Notes: generated from the letters alone by a model not told the origin. A stretch of DNA of 64,000 nt from an uncultured Planctomycetota bacterium (GCA_963752285.1 CAVVXN010000004.1:32001-96000), one strand, 5' to 3'. Positions 8,758 through 18,124 are shown, numbered from the stretch's first letter. Numbers and translations: made by a program.

Positions 8758-10316
8758 CGCGCGGGCGCGCGATGGCGGGGATCTTCCTCCTCGGGGCGGG
8801 CTTCGCCCTCGGGCCGCGGACCCTGCGTGCCGACGACGCGCCCGACCTGGCCCCGTGGCGCACGCTCGCGAGCGAGCCGCTCGACGTGGACCTCGACGCC
8901 GGGGACCTCGCGGAACGGACGAGCCTCGGCTACGCGGAGGCGTTCGCCCCGCCCGACCCCCTCCGGGACCCGGACGGGAGCCGCGCGGCGTGGGCACGTC
9001 CCTTCGCGACCGCCGTCGAGGCCTGGATCGAGGACCGGGTCCCCGCGGTGGACGACGCGGCGCGCCGGCGTCTGGCAGCCGACCTCCTGACCCGGATCGA
9101 CGTGGACGTGGAGGTCGAGGGCGCCGGCGTCCGCTGGCGGGGGACCGCGTCGGCGGCGCCGGGCCACGGGGTGGCCCTCGCGACCACCACGCGGCGGGCC
9201 TTCGTGACCGACGTCGACCCGGAGCTCGCGTGCGACAACTCCGGCGGGTTCGCCCCGTCCGCGCTGGGGAATCCCGTGGTGCGTCCGCTCGAGGACGGTG
9301 TGCGGGTCTTCGTGTGCCCGCACCTCGTCGCGGGCGGCCGGGTCCTCTTGGAGGCCGTCGTGGCGGCCGGCCGCTTCGAGCGACCCGTCCCCGCCGTCCC
9401 GACGGAGGCGCGCTTCCTCGGCACGCTCGACCTCGCGCGTTACGAGGGCGCGCTCGCGCGGATGTCCGGGACCGTCGGTCCCCGCGAGGCGCTCGAGACG
9501 AGCTTCTCCGCGGGGGCGCGGCGCCTCGCCGTCCACGTGACGGCCCGCGTCCGCGCGCCGGATCCCGGTGTTCCCGACGGTCCGCTCCGCGCGCTCGACG
9601 CGAGCGCGCTGGCCGCCTCCCCCATGGACGCGGTCCTCCTCCCCGCGACCCGGGGAGGGCTCACGCCGCGGCCGGGGACGGTCTCGTGGGAGCCGACGCC
9701 GCCGGCATGGCCGCCGGAGCGGCTGCTCGCCGCGCTTCGGCGCGCGCTCCCGGACGCGGACCTGGAGGTCTCGGCGCGCGGCCGCGTGTTCGTCGCGGGC
9801 GACGAGGCGACGATCGGGCGCGCGCGCGCCGCGCTCGCGGCGTGGGAGTCCCCGATCCTCCGAGGCGCCACGGTGCGCCTCGCGCTGCGCGCGGGAGACG
9901 ACGTCGTGGGCCGGGGCACGCTCGCGGCGCGCTCGGGCGACGTGGCGGTTCTCCGTCTGGGCGCCGATCGCGCGGCGATCGTGGACAGCGACCCCGAGGT
10001 GGGGTGAAGCATCCATATCGCGGACCCCCGGGTCGGGGTCCTCTTCGACGGCTGGCGGATCGTCGCGCGTCCCGAGGTCGGGCCGGACGCGCGCACGGTC
10101 CGCCTCGGGCTCGACGTCGAGCGACGCGCGATCCGGGCGGTGGAGACGCGGCGCGGGAACGGCGCGGCGCACGGCGTCCTCCACCTCCCGGACGAACGAG
10201 TCCTCTCCCGGCGCGCGGACGCGGTGCTCGCCCGAGACGACGTCCTCTCGTTGGAGCTCGGTTCGGACGAGGAGGGGCGTCCCCTCCGTCTCGAGGTCCG
10301 CGCGGGAGTCCGCTGA
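8754..10316 (+). CDS. Paralogous secretin-like protein with in-frame TGA at 10005-10007 (candidate selenocysteine)
   Basis: The frame stays open for 102 codons after the TGA (SIHIADPRVGVLFDGWRIVARPEVGPDARTVRLGLDVE...GRPLRLEVRAGVR*) and completes the second repeat; SECIS-like hairpin at 10022-10041. Confidence 0.65.
10022..10041 (+). promoter_or_regulatory. Putative bacterial SECIS hairpin
   Basis: GGACCCC-CGGGTC-GGGGTCC, 7-bp stem starting 14 nt after the TGA. Confidence 0.55.
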
Positions 10317-10420
10317 GCCCGAGCGGCGTCGCGCGGCGCGTCCGTTCGCCTCGCCTCGCGCCGGCCCGTGGCACCGGCGCCGCGAGGTACCATCCCCCGA
10401 CCTCGCGAGGTGACGAGCGG

Positions 10421-11341
10421 ATGGCCGACCCCGAACGACCCAGCCCGGAGGACGAGCCGTGGGATCCCACGCGCACGGTCCGCATGCGGCCGGAGCGCCC
10501 GAGCGCGCCTCGTCGGGCCCGCGGCTCGCTGATCGTGATCCACGGCGGGGGACACGACCTCGGGCTCCACGCCGTGGTCGAGAGCGAGCTCGTCGTGGGG
10601 CGCGCGCCCGAGGCGGGCCTCCGGCTCCAGGACCTCGGCGTCTCGTGGCGCCACCTCCGGGTGCGGCGCGGCGCGGGCGAGGGCTACCTCGTCGAGGATC
10701 TCGGCTCCACGAACGGGACGCGGCTCGGCGACGACGACCTCCACGAGGCGCGCCCGCTCGCCGACGGGGACAAGATCTTCGTGGGGCAGACCGTCCTCCG
10801 GTTCGACCTGGCCGACGACCTGGACCTCGGCTACCAGACCGAGGTGGCGGAGATCGTGGGGACGGACCCGCTGACCGGGCTCGAGTCGAAACGCCGCTTC
10901 GACGACGCCCTCGCGAACGCGACCGACCTCGCGCGCCGCTCGAAGCACGACGTCGCCGTCCTGATGATGGACATGGACGGCGTGAAGCGGATCAACGACA
11001 CCCACGGCCACTTCTTTGGAGCGCACGCGATCGGCGAGACCGGACGACTGATCGCCGGGGTGCTCGGCGCCGCGGGACAGGCGTGCCGGTTCGGCGGCGA
11101 CGAGTTCTGCGCCTTCCTGGCGCCGTCCGACCTCCCGTCCGCCTGCGCCGTGGCGGAGCAGATCCGCACGACCCTGGAGGCGGCGGTGATCCAGAAGGAG
11201 GGGATCCGCCTCGCGCCGACGATCAGCATCGGCGTCGCCGCCGGGCCGACGGGGAACGAGGGCCCGGAGGACCTCGTCGCGCGCGCCGACGCCGCGCTGT
11301 ACCGCGCGAAGCGCGCCGGGAAGAACCGCGTCTCGGTCTGA
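10421..11341 (+). CDS. FHA-domain diguanylate cyclase
   Basis: FHA motifs GR, VSWRH, DLGSTNGT; GGDEF domain with DPLTG, DMDGVKRINDTHGH, RFGGDEF. Confidence 0.92.
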   Translation: MADPERPSPEDEPWDPTRTVRMRPERPSAPRRARGSLIVIHGGGHDLGLHAVVESELVVGRAPEAGLRLQDLGVSWRHLRVRRGAGEGYLVEDLGSTNGTRLGDDDLHEARPLADGDKIFVGQTVLRFDLADDLDLGYQTEVAEIVGTDPLTGLESKRRFDDALANATDLARRSKHDVAVLMMDMDGVKRINDTHGHFFGAHAIGETGRLIAGVLGAAGQACRFGGDEFCAFLAPSDLPSACAVAEQIRTTLEAAVIQKEGIRLAPTISIGVAAGPTGNEGPEDLVARADAALYRAKRAGKNRVSV

Positions 11342-11355
11342 CGACGCGCTCCCCG

Positions 11356-12048
11356 TCACTCCTTCTTGATGTCGGCGGCGAGCTCCTGCAGCCGCTGGCG
11401 CGCGCCGAGGAGCAGCATCGTGTCGCCCGCGGCGAACCGCGTGTCCGGCGGGGGCGCGACGAGCACGTCCTTCGGCTCGCCCTGGCCGGTGCTCCGCTTG
11501 ATCGCGATCACGTAGATGCCGTAGCGCGCGCGGATCTGGAGCTCGGTGAGCGTGCGACCCAGGTACTCGTCGGGCGCGGGGAGCTCCACGATCGCCTCGC
11601 TCGGCCCGAGCAGGATCTGCTCCACCAGGTCGGGCGTGAGCAGGCGCTGCACCGTACGGTCGGCCGTGTCGCTCTCGGGGAAGACCACCAGATCGACGCC
11701 GATCAGCTTGAGCGCCTCGGCCTTCTCGTCGGTGTCCACCTGCGCGACGATCCGCTTCACCTTCGTCTTGAGCCGGACGTGGTAGGCGAGGAGGACGGCG
11801 GCGTCGAACGCGCTCCGGAACGCGATGACGACCGTGTCCACGTCGAAGGCGCCGACGTGCTGCATCACGTCGAGGTCCGTGGCGTCGGCCTGGATGGCCT
11901 TCGTCACGCGCTGCGAGATCTTCTGGATGAGGCGCTCGTCCTTGTCCACCGCGACCACGCGCGCGCCGCGTTCGAACAGGCCCACGGCGGTGCGGAAGCC
12001 GAACTTGGAGAGCCCGAGGATCGCGAAGGTCTCGTGGGTCGTGGGCAT
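11356..12048 (-). CDS. ktrA: KtrA/TrkA-family K+ uptake regulatory subunit (RCK_N + RCK_C)
   Basis: FAILGLSKFG Rossmann motif, DATD, VVFPE, RCK_C GRTLTEL.IRARYGIYVIAIKR. Confidence 0.88.
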   Translation of the reverse strand: MPTTHETFAILGLSKFGFRTAVGLFERGARVVAVDKDERLIQKISQRVTKAIQADATDLDVMQHVGAFDVDTVVIAFRSAFDAAVLLAYHVRLKTKVKRIVAQVDTDEKAEALKLIGVDLVVFPESDTADRTVQRLLTPDLVEQILLGPSEAIVELPAPDEYLGRTLTELQIRARYGIYVIAIKRSTGQGEPKDVLVAPPPDTRFAAGDTMLLLGARQRLQELAADIKKE

Positions 12049-12061
12049 GCGCTACCTCCCT

Positions 12062-13411
12062 CTACCCGACCATGACGTCGCCCTCGGGATGAGCGTACGC
12101 CAGACGCCGGCGCTCGCCGATGACCGACGCGGCGAGCACCAGCGGCCCGACCCTCCCGATGAACATGCAGGCCATGATGATCTCGAGGCCACGGTCCGAG
12201 AGGGTCGTCGTGACGCCCGTGGAGAGCCCGACGGTGCTGAGGGCGCTGACCACCTCGAAGAGGTGCTCCAGGAAGAGCCCCCGCGCGAGGTCGTGTGGGA
12301 CGTCGCCGAACTCCGTCGCCTGGAGGGAGAGCAACGCCAGGATCACCACGATCCCGTAGATCATGAAGATGGCCATGGCCTTCGCCGCGACGGCGCGCGG
12401 GACGCTCCGGCCCAGCATCTCCGTGTCGGGCCGGTTCAGGACGTGGCTCCACACGCGGGCCGAGATGATCGCGATGGTGCTCGTCTTGATGCCGCCGCCG
12501 GTCGAGCCCGGCGAGGCGCCGACCGCCATCAACAGCACGAGCACGAGCAGGCTCATGTTCGTGAGGTGCCCCGTGTCCACCGTGTTGAAGCCGGCGGTGC
12601 GCGCCGTGACCGAGAGGAAGAGCGAGTCAACGACGCTCGCCCCCTGCCCCCCGGGCTCGAGCTGGCTCGTAGACTCGAAGACGTAGAAGAGGACGGCGCC
12701 CGCCACGATCAACACGATGCTCGTGACGAGGACGACCCGCGTGTGGAAGTGGAGGCGATGCCGCTGGCGGCGCACGCGCCGGCCGAACCAGTGGACGACG
12801 TCCGCGGCCGCCACGAAGCCGATGCCGCCCGCGAAGATCAGGGCCATGATCACGACGTTCACCACGGTGTCGCCGCGGTACGCGGACAGGCTCGTGGAGA
12901 AGAGCGAGAAGCCCGCGTTGCAGAACGCCGAGACCGCGTGGAAGACGGCCTGCCAGAGCGCGGTCCCGAAGGGCGCCTTGCCCATGAAGCGCACCAGGAG
13001 CAGGGCGGCGCCGAGGGCCTCCGTCACGAACGTGAACACCACGATGTGGCCCAGGAGCTCGGTCGGCGTCACGCGCGGGAGGCCGCCGTACGTCTCCCGG
13101 GTCAGGACCGCGCCGCCGAGGTCGAGCCGGCGGCGGAGCGTCAGCATCACCCAGTTCGAGAGGGTGAGGACGCCGAGGCCGCCGACCTGGAGCAGGATCA
13201 GCACGAGGAGCTGTCCGGTGAAGGGCATTTCCTTCTGCAGGTCCACGACCGTGAGGCCCGTGACGCACACCGCCGAGGTGGAGGTGAAGGCGGCGTGCAG
13301 GAAGCCGTGCCCGGAACCGGGGGCGAAGCCGAAGAGGTCGAGCGCGACCGTCCCGACCGTGATCAGGCCGAGGAAGGTCAGCACCGTGAGGAGCGCGGGG
13401 CGGTTTCGCAT
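12062..13411 (-). CDS. ktrB: KtrB/TrkH-family K+ uptake membrane subunit
   Basis: Selectivity-filter motifs SAVCVTGL, SAFCNAGFS, RTAGFNT, GASPGSTGGGIK, SALSTVGLS, MFIGRVG. Confidence 0.92.
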   Translation of the reverse strand: MRNRPALLTVLTFLGLITVGTVALDLFGFAPGSGHGFLHAAFTSTSAVCVTGLTVVDLQKEMPFTGQLLVLILLQVGGLGVLTLSNWVMLTLRRRLDLGGAVLTRETYGGLPRVTPTELLGHIVVFTFVTEALGAALLLVRFMGKAPFGTALWQAVFHAVSAFCNAGFSLFSTSLSAYRGDTVVNVVIMALIFAGGIGFVAAADVVHWFGRRVRRQRHRLHFHTRVVLVTSIVLIVAGAVLFYVFESTSQLEPGGQGASVVDSLFLSVTARTAGFNTVDTGHLTNMSLLVLVLLMAVGASPGSTGGGIKTSTIAIISARVWSHVLNRPDTEMLGRSVPRAVAAKAMAIFMIYGIVVILALLSLQATEFGDVPHDLARGLFLEHLFEVVSALSTVGLSTGVTTTLSDRGLEIIMACMFIGRVGPLVLAASVIGERRRLAYAHPEGDVMVG

Positions 13412-13670
13412 CGCGTCCCTGGCTACGCCGACCACGCGCCGCGGCGCGCCGGGCCTCCTCGGGGCCGCGCGATCGGGAAGCGAACGAGCGGGGACACGCC
13501 GGGCGCGCGCATGACGGCCGGACGATACCGCGTCCGGGCCCGAAAGGCCCGCATTTCGACGTGGCGCGGTCGGCGCGTGCCGCGCCGCGGCGCGCACCGG
13601 TCGGAAGATCGCCCGCTCCGCGGCCCCGAAGCCTCGCGTCCGCGGGTACGATCCGCCCGCCGGAGGTCCC

Positions 13671-13907
13671 ATGAAGATCCGCATCGAGTACTGCGCCGTC
13701 TGAGGCTACGAGCCGAAGGCCGTCGGTCTGACGGCCGTGCTCCTCGAGAACTTGAAGCAGCGGGTCGCGTCGCTGGAGCTGGTCCCCTCCGGTGGAGGGT
13801 GTTTCGAGGTCACGGTGGACGGCGAGCGGATCTGGTCGAAGCTCGAGACGGGCGAGTTTCCCGAGGAGAACGCGATCCTCGACGACGTGGCCGCGCGGGC
13901 CCGATGA
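13671..13907 (+). CDS. Rdx (SelW/SelT/SelH) family selenoprotein, CxxU motif
   Basis: MKIRIEYCAV-U(TGA 13701-13703)-GYEPKA...LVPSGGGCFEVTVDGERIWSKLETGEFPEE; GGAGG RBS; missed by the ORF track. Confidence 0.9.
13718..13736 (+). promoter_or_regulatory. Putative bacterial SECIS hairpin
   Basis: GGCCGTC-GGTCT-GACGGCC, perfect 7-bp stem 14 nt after the UGA with G first in the loop. Confidence 0.75.
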
Positions 13908-14296
13908 CCACGCGGGCCCCGGCCGTCGTCCCCGGACCGACCACCTCGACCGTGCCCTGGGGGCGCGTGGGGCTCGTGCTCGGGGTGATCGCGTTGGCCC
14001 ACCTGGGGCTCTACCTCCTCCTGACGGCCTCGCCGCGGAAGGAGGCCGCCGTCCTCGAGACGCGGTACGGCCGCGCGGCGCTCGTCGCCGCGACCGCGCC
14101 CGGGGACCGGCCGTCCGACCCCTCGGCGTTCTCCCGCTGGCTCCGCGACCAGGACCTGTGGGAGGCGCGAGGCGTCTGGTCGGACCGGCGGCACCTGGCG
14201 GCGGTTCTCGGCTACGCGCTCCTCGCGTCGTTCCTGCTCCAGGTGGGGATCACGGGGTGGCTGCTGGCGCGCGCGCCGCGCCGGCCGGTGCGGTGA
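13904..14296 (+). CDS. Small membrane protein (2 TM helices)
   Basis: ATGA overlap with the Rdx gene stop; hydrophobic segments VGLVLGVIALAHLGLYLLL and AVLGYALLASFLLQVGITGWLL. Confidence 0.65.
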   Translation: MTTRAPAVVPGPTTSTVPWGRVGLVLGVIALAHLGLYLLLTASPRKEAAVLETRYGRAALVAATAPGDRPSDPSAFSRWLRDQDLWEARGVWSDRRHLAAVLGYALLASFLLQVGITGWLLARAPRRPVR

Positions 14297-14339
14297 GTGC
14301 GGACCGCGCGCTTCGGCGCGCTGCTTCGGGGGGCTGGTC

Positions 14340-15266
14340 GTGAGCACGAAGCCGTCTCCGTCCGACGTCGCCGAGGTCCATCGCCTCGGTCCCGAGGGCG
14401 CGCGGGACGGAGCGCCGCCGCACCTCCTCCTCGAGGTGCCGCACGGGGCGACGCGCGGCGCCGACTTCGCCGCGGTTCGCCGCCGGCTCGCCGGGGCGTT
14501 CGCCGACGACCTCCTCGACTACTTCTTCGTGAACACGGACGCGGGGGCGCCGGAGCTCGCGGCGGCGATCGCGCGGCACGTGCGCGCCGACAGGCCCGAC
14601 GCGCGGGTCGAGCTGATCCGATGCCTCGTCCCGCGGACCTTCGTGGACTGCAATCGCGTGATCGACGCGGCCACCGTGCCGAGCTCGTCCACGGCGGGCG
14701 ACGTGACGCCGGGCATCGCCAGCTACGTGAAGGAGCCCGGCGACGTCGCGTACCTCTTCGCCTGCTACGAGGCGTATCGGACGCTCACCACCGCGGCGTA
14801 CGAACGCTGCATCGACGCGGGCGGTCTCGCCTGGATGGTGCACAGCTATGCGCCGCGGACGGTCGAGTTGGACGTGGACGAGCGCATCGTCGAGCGCCTC
14901 CACGAGGCGTACCGGCCCGAGCGGATCACGCGCTTTCGGCTGCGCCCGGAGGTGGACCTGATCTCTCGCGACCCCGAGGGCGTGACGCTCGCCGACGAGG
15001 GGCTCGTGGCGGCGGTCTCGGAGGCGCTCGGGCGCGCCGGGTACGACCACGCCCAGTGCGCGACGTACGAGCTCCACCCCCTCACGCAGGGACACCGCTT
15101 CGCGAGCCGCTGGCCGGGCCGGACGCTCTGCCTCGAGGCCCGGCGCGACCTCCTCGCCGGGGCGTTCGTTCCGTTTTGCGAGCAGGTGAACGACCCCGTC
15201 GCCACCGACCGCCTCGCCGGCGTGCTCGCGGAGGCGCTCGGGCCCCGGCTTCCGTCGTTTCCCTGA
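14340..15266 (+). CDS. N-formylglutamate amidohydrolase-like protein
   Basis: LEVPHG, NTD, PRTFVDCNR, VHSY, LEARRDL metal-hydrolase motifs. Confidence 0.65.
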   Translation: MSTKPSPSDVAEVHRLGPEGARDGAPPHLLLEVPHGATRGADFAAVRRRLAGAFADDLLDYFFVNTDAGAPELAAAIARHVRADRPDARVELIRCLVPRTFVDCNRVIDAATVPSSSTAGDVTPGIASYVKEPGDVAYLFACYEAYRTLTTAAYERCIDAGGLAWMVHSYAPRTVELDVDERIVERLHEAYRPERITRFRLRPEVDLISRDPEGVTLADEGLVAAVSEALGRAGYDHAQCATYELHPLTQGHRFASRWPGRTLCLEARRDLLAGAFVPFCEQVNDPVATDRLAGVLAEALGPRLPSFP

Positions 15267-15451
15267 CGCCGCGGGCCGCGGCCCGCGCGGAGGGGGCGAG
15301 ACGGACGACCCGGACCCGAACGGGGTCGCGCCGTTGGGAGACGCGCGCGTCCCGTGGGGGTACGGTCATGACCCGACAGAGGTGCCGGCGTGTCCGACCC
15401 CGGGGGGTCTTCCGGGGGGCCCGGAGACCCGGCGGCAGAGGACGGTAGCCC

Positions 15452-15763
15452 GTGTCCCAGAACAGGCTCTACGTGGGGAATCTCCCCTTTTCTTGCACCG
15501 AGGCTGAGCTGGAGGAGGCGTTCGCCGCCCACGGCTCCGTGCGCGCGGTCAACATCGTCACCGATCGAGAGACGGGCCGCCCCCGCGGCTTCGCCTTCGT
15601 CGAGATGGCGACCGACGCCGAGGCCGAGGCCGCGATCCAGGCCCTCGACGGCCAGGATTTCGGCGGGCGGAACCTCAAGGTGAACGTCGCCCGGCCCCGC
15701 GAGGGCGGTGGCGGCGGCCGCGGGGGCGGCGGCGGCTACGGCGGCCGACGCGACCGCTGGTAG
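15452..15763 (+). CDS. RRM-domain RNA-binding protein with Gly-rich tail
   Basis: RNP2 LYVGNL, RNP1 [18 protein letters not shown] tail. Confidence 0.95.
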   Translation: MSQNRLYVGNLPFSCTEAELEEAFAAHGSVRAVNIVTDRETGRPRGFAFVEMATDAEAEAAIQALDGQDFGGRNLKVNVARPREGGGGGRGGGGGYGGRRDRW

Positions 15764-15972
15764 GGCGTACCCCCCGGGCCACGACGCGCCCGCCGCTCGG
15801 CGTTCCGGGCGCGTCCCCCGAGGCGCCGGTTCCCGGTCCCGCGTTGCGGGGGCGCCGGGGCGGACGGCGGTACGCGAACCGGCGTACGCGCGCGGCGGCG
15901 GGCGGCGTTGCCCGCCGCCCGGGCCCCGTGTCGAATGAGCCGCGCCGCCTTGGCCCGGAGCCCGAGCTCACC

Positions 15973-16533
15973 GTGACCCGTTCGATCGCTTTCGCCCTCG
16001 TGGTCGGCTTCGCCCTCGCCGCGTGCGGGGGCGGAGGTGGAGGCGGGAGCGGAGGAGGCGGGCTCCCGACCGAGGTCGTCGCGGACTTCCACCTCCCGGA
16101 CGTCAACCCGAACAGCGCGACTTTCGGCGGGGAGGTATCGCCGCGCGATCACCTCGGGCGCGTGTCGGCCTGGTACTTCGGGCACGCGACCTGAAGCTAC
16201 TGTTCGAGCCAGTTCGGCTACCTGGACCAGATGGCGCAGGAGCTCGCGGCGGAGACGCCGCCGGCCCGCGTGGACCTTCTCGGCGTGAACGCGGTCGGGG
16301 AGGAGAGCGGGAACGCCTCGATCACCGACGGGCGGTCCATCCCCTGGCTCCAGGACGCGTCGTCGGAGAACGTGTGGACGTCGTGGGACGTCACGTACCG
16401 CGACGTCGTGATCCTCGGCGGCGCGAATCGACGGAACACGGTCTACAACCTGACCGAGCACGACCTCTCCGACCCCGCGAGCTACGCCGAGCTGAAGGCG
16501 CTCCTCCACGCCGCGGCCGCGGCGCTCCCCTGA
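15973..16533 (+). CDS. Thioredoxin-fold (redoxin/AhpC-TSA-like) lipoprotein with in-frame TGA, UxxC motif (selenoprotein)
   Basis: Lipobox LAAC; DFHLPDVNPNS...YFGHAT-U(TGA 16192-16194)-SYC; ORF-track frames 15844..16194 and 16231..16533 join in frame. Confidence 0.8.
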
Positions 16534-16709
16534 CGGTCGGCCGCGCAGGCCCCGGGTCTTTCGGCCCGGCGGTCGGGAGCGCGTCGGGTGTCCGCCCGGC
16601 GCACCGCGGTAGGGTCCCGCGGACCGGCGCCGATCCCCCCCGATCGGCTCCTTCGGCCGCGGACGGGCGCCTGGCCCCGCGGCCACCTGTCGGGGAGGGA
16701 GGGTGGCCG

Positions 16710-17315
16710 ATGCGGCGCAGATCTTTTCAGTCGCTCCTGGGGCTCGCGCTCGGTGTGGCCGTGATCGCGGCCTGTGGCGGGGCGAGCATCCCGTTCCAGA
16801 ACCGCGTGGACGAGCTCGCCGCCGACGTGGCCGCGCTCACGACACGCGTTCAGACGCTCGAGACGGAGAACGCGACCCTGGCGGGCGAGGTCCAGACGCT
16901 CTCGCAGGACCTGCAGCAGCACGAGGCCGATCCCGACGCGCACCACCCCGCCGACGCGGGCGGCGTCTCCGGGCTCGGGCTCAACTACATCATCGCGCTG
17001 CAGGGCATCTTCCCCTCCCGCGCCCTGGAGGCCCCGGCCGAGGGATCGAGCGACCTCCAGATCCCGCCGCCGCAGACGTCGTTCCTCGACCCGTACCTGG
17101 GCGGGATCGTCCTCTTCGCCGGGAACTTCGCGCCGCAGGGGTGGGCCTTCTGCGACGGGCAGATCCTGTCCATCGCGGCGAACCAGGCGCTCTTCTCGCT
17201 CCTCGGCACCACGTACGGCGGGAACGGGCAGACCACGTTCGCGCTGCCGGACCTCCGCGGCCTCACGCCGGTCCACCCCTCCGCCACGGTGCCGCTCGGT
17301 GGCCACACCCCCTGA
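16710..17315 (+). CDS. Lipoprotein with coiled coil and phage tail-collar domain
   Basis: IAAC lipobox; heptad segment; FAGNFAPQGWAFCDGQILSI..NQALFSLLGTTYGGNGQTTFALPDLRG collar motif. Confidence 0.8.
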   Translation: MRRRSFQSLLGLALGVAVIAACGGASIPFQNRVDELAADVAALTTRVQTLETENATLAGEVQTLSQDLQQHEADPDAHHPADAGGVSGLGLNYIIALQGIFPSRALEAPAEGSSDLQIPPPQTSFLDPYLGGIVLFAGNFAPQGWAFCDGQILSIAANQALFSLLGTTYGGNGQTTFALPDLRGLTPVHPSATVPLGGHTP

Positions 17316-18119
17316 TCAGCTCCCGGTCGAACGGTAGTGACGCACGCCGACGCGCCACGCGGCCAGCGACACCGCGAGGAACACCGGTCCGGCGAGCGGC
17401 GACAGCCAGGCGACGACCGCGGGCGTGCCGAGCGGGTCCTCGACGTTCGCGATCGCGAGGTGCGGGAAGTAGTTGAGGCACGCGAGCGGGACCACGAAGG
17501 TGAAGAAGTCCCGGAACCAGCGGTCGTAGATCGGAAGTGGGTACTGGGCGGTCTCGACGCCGCCGTAGGTGAGCGTGTTCATGATCTCCAGGCTCTCGAC
17601 CGTCCAGAACGCGAGCGTCGCCTGGAGCACGAAGAGGCCCGACAAGAGACACGCCCCGCCGAGGACCGCGGCCACCAGGAGCGCTGCCGGCCCGATCGAC
17701 CAGACGACGTCGAGACGCGACGTCGCCCACGCGAGCACCACGAGGCCCTGCGCGAGGCGCCCCAGCCGGAGGAGCTGCAGGTCCTGCGCCACCACCTGGA
17801 ACGCGGTGCCCCGCGGGCGGAGCAGCAGCCGGTCGAACTCGCCCGACTTCACGAGCTGGTCGAAGTGGTCGAATCCGCGCGTGAACGCCTCGGCGAGCGC
17901 CATGGAGACGTTCGCCATCCCGTAGAGGAGCGCGACCTCGGGCAGCGAGAAGCCCTGGATCCGCCCGAACCGATCGAAGAGCGCCCAGAGCCCGAGGAAC
18001 TCCACGCCCGTCACCACCAGGTTGCCCAGCGCGAGCAGGACGGTGGACGCGCGGTACTGGAGCTGGCTCCGGACCGAGAGCGAGACGTAGCCGAGATAGA
18101 GGGAGAGGCTCTCGCGCAC
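17316..18119 (-). CDS. ABC-2-type transporter permease
   Basis: QYR motif, GEFDRLLLRP, QYPLPIY, ends YRSTGS. Confidence 0.88.
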   Translation of the reverse strand: MRESLSLYLGYVSLSVRSQLQYRASTVLLALGNLVVTGVEFLGLWALFDRFGRIQGFSLPEVALLYGMANVSMALAEAFTRGFDHFDQLVKSGEFDRLLLRPRGTAFQVVAQDLQLLRLGRLAQGLVVLAWATSRLDVVWSIGPAALLVAAVLGGACLLSGLFVLQATLAFWTVESLEIMNTLTYGGVETAQYPLPIYDRWFRDFFTFVVPLACLNYFPHLAIANVEDPLGTPAVVAWLSPLAGPVFLAVSLAAWRVGVRHYRSTGS

Positions 18120-18124
18120 CGCGG

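Noticed and set aside
13412..13670. c-di-AMP (ydaO) riboswitch upstream of ktrB
   Set aside because: No recognisable ydaO consensus; the short region is shared with the divergent Rdx gene.
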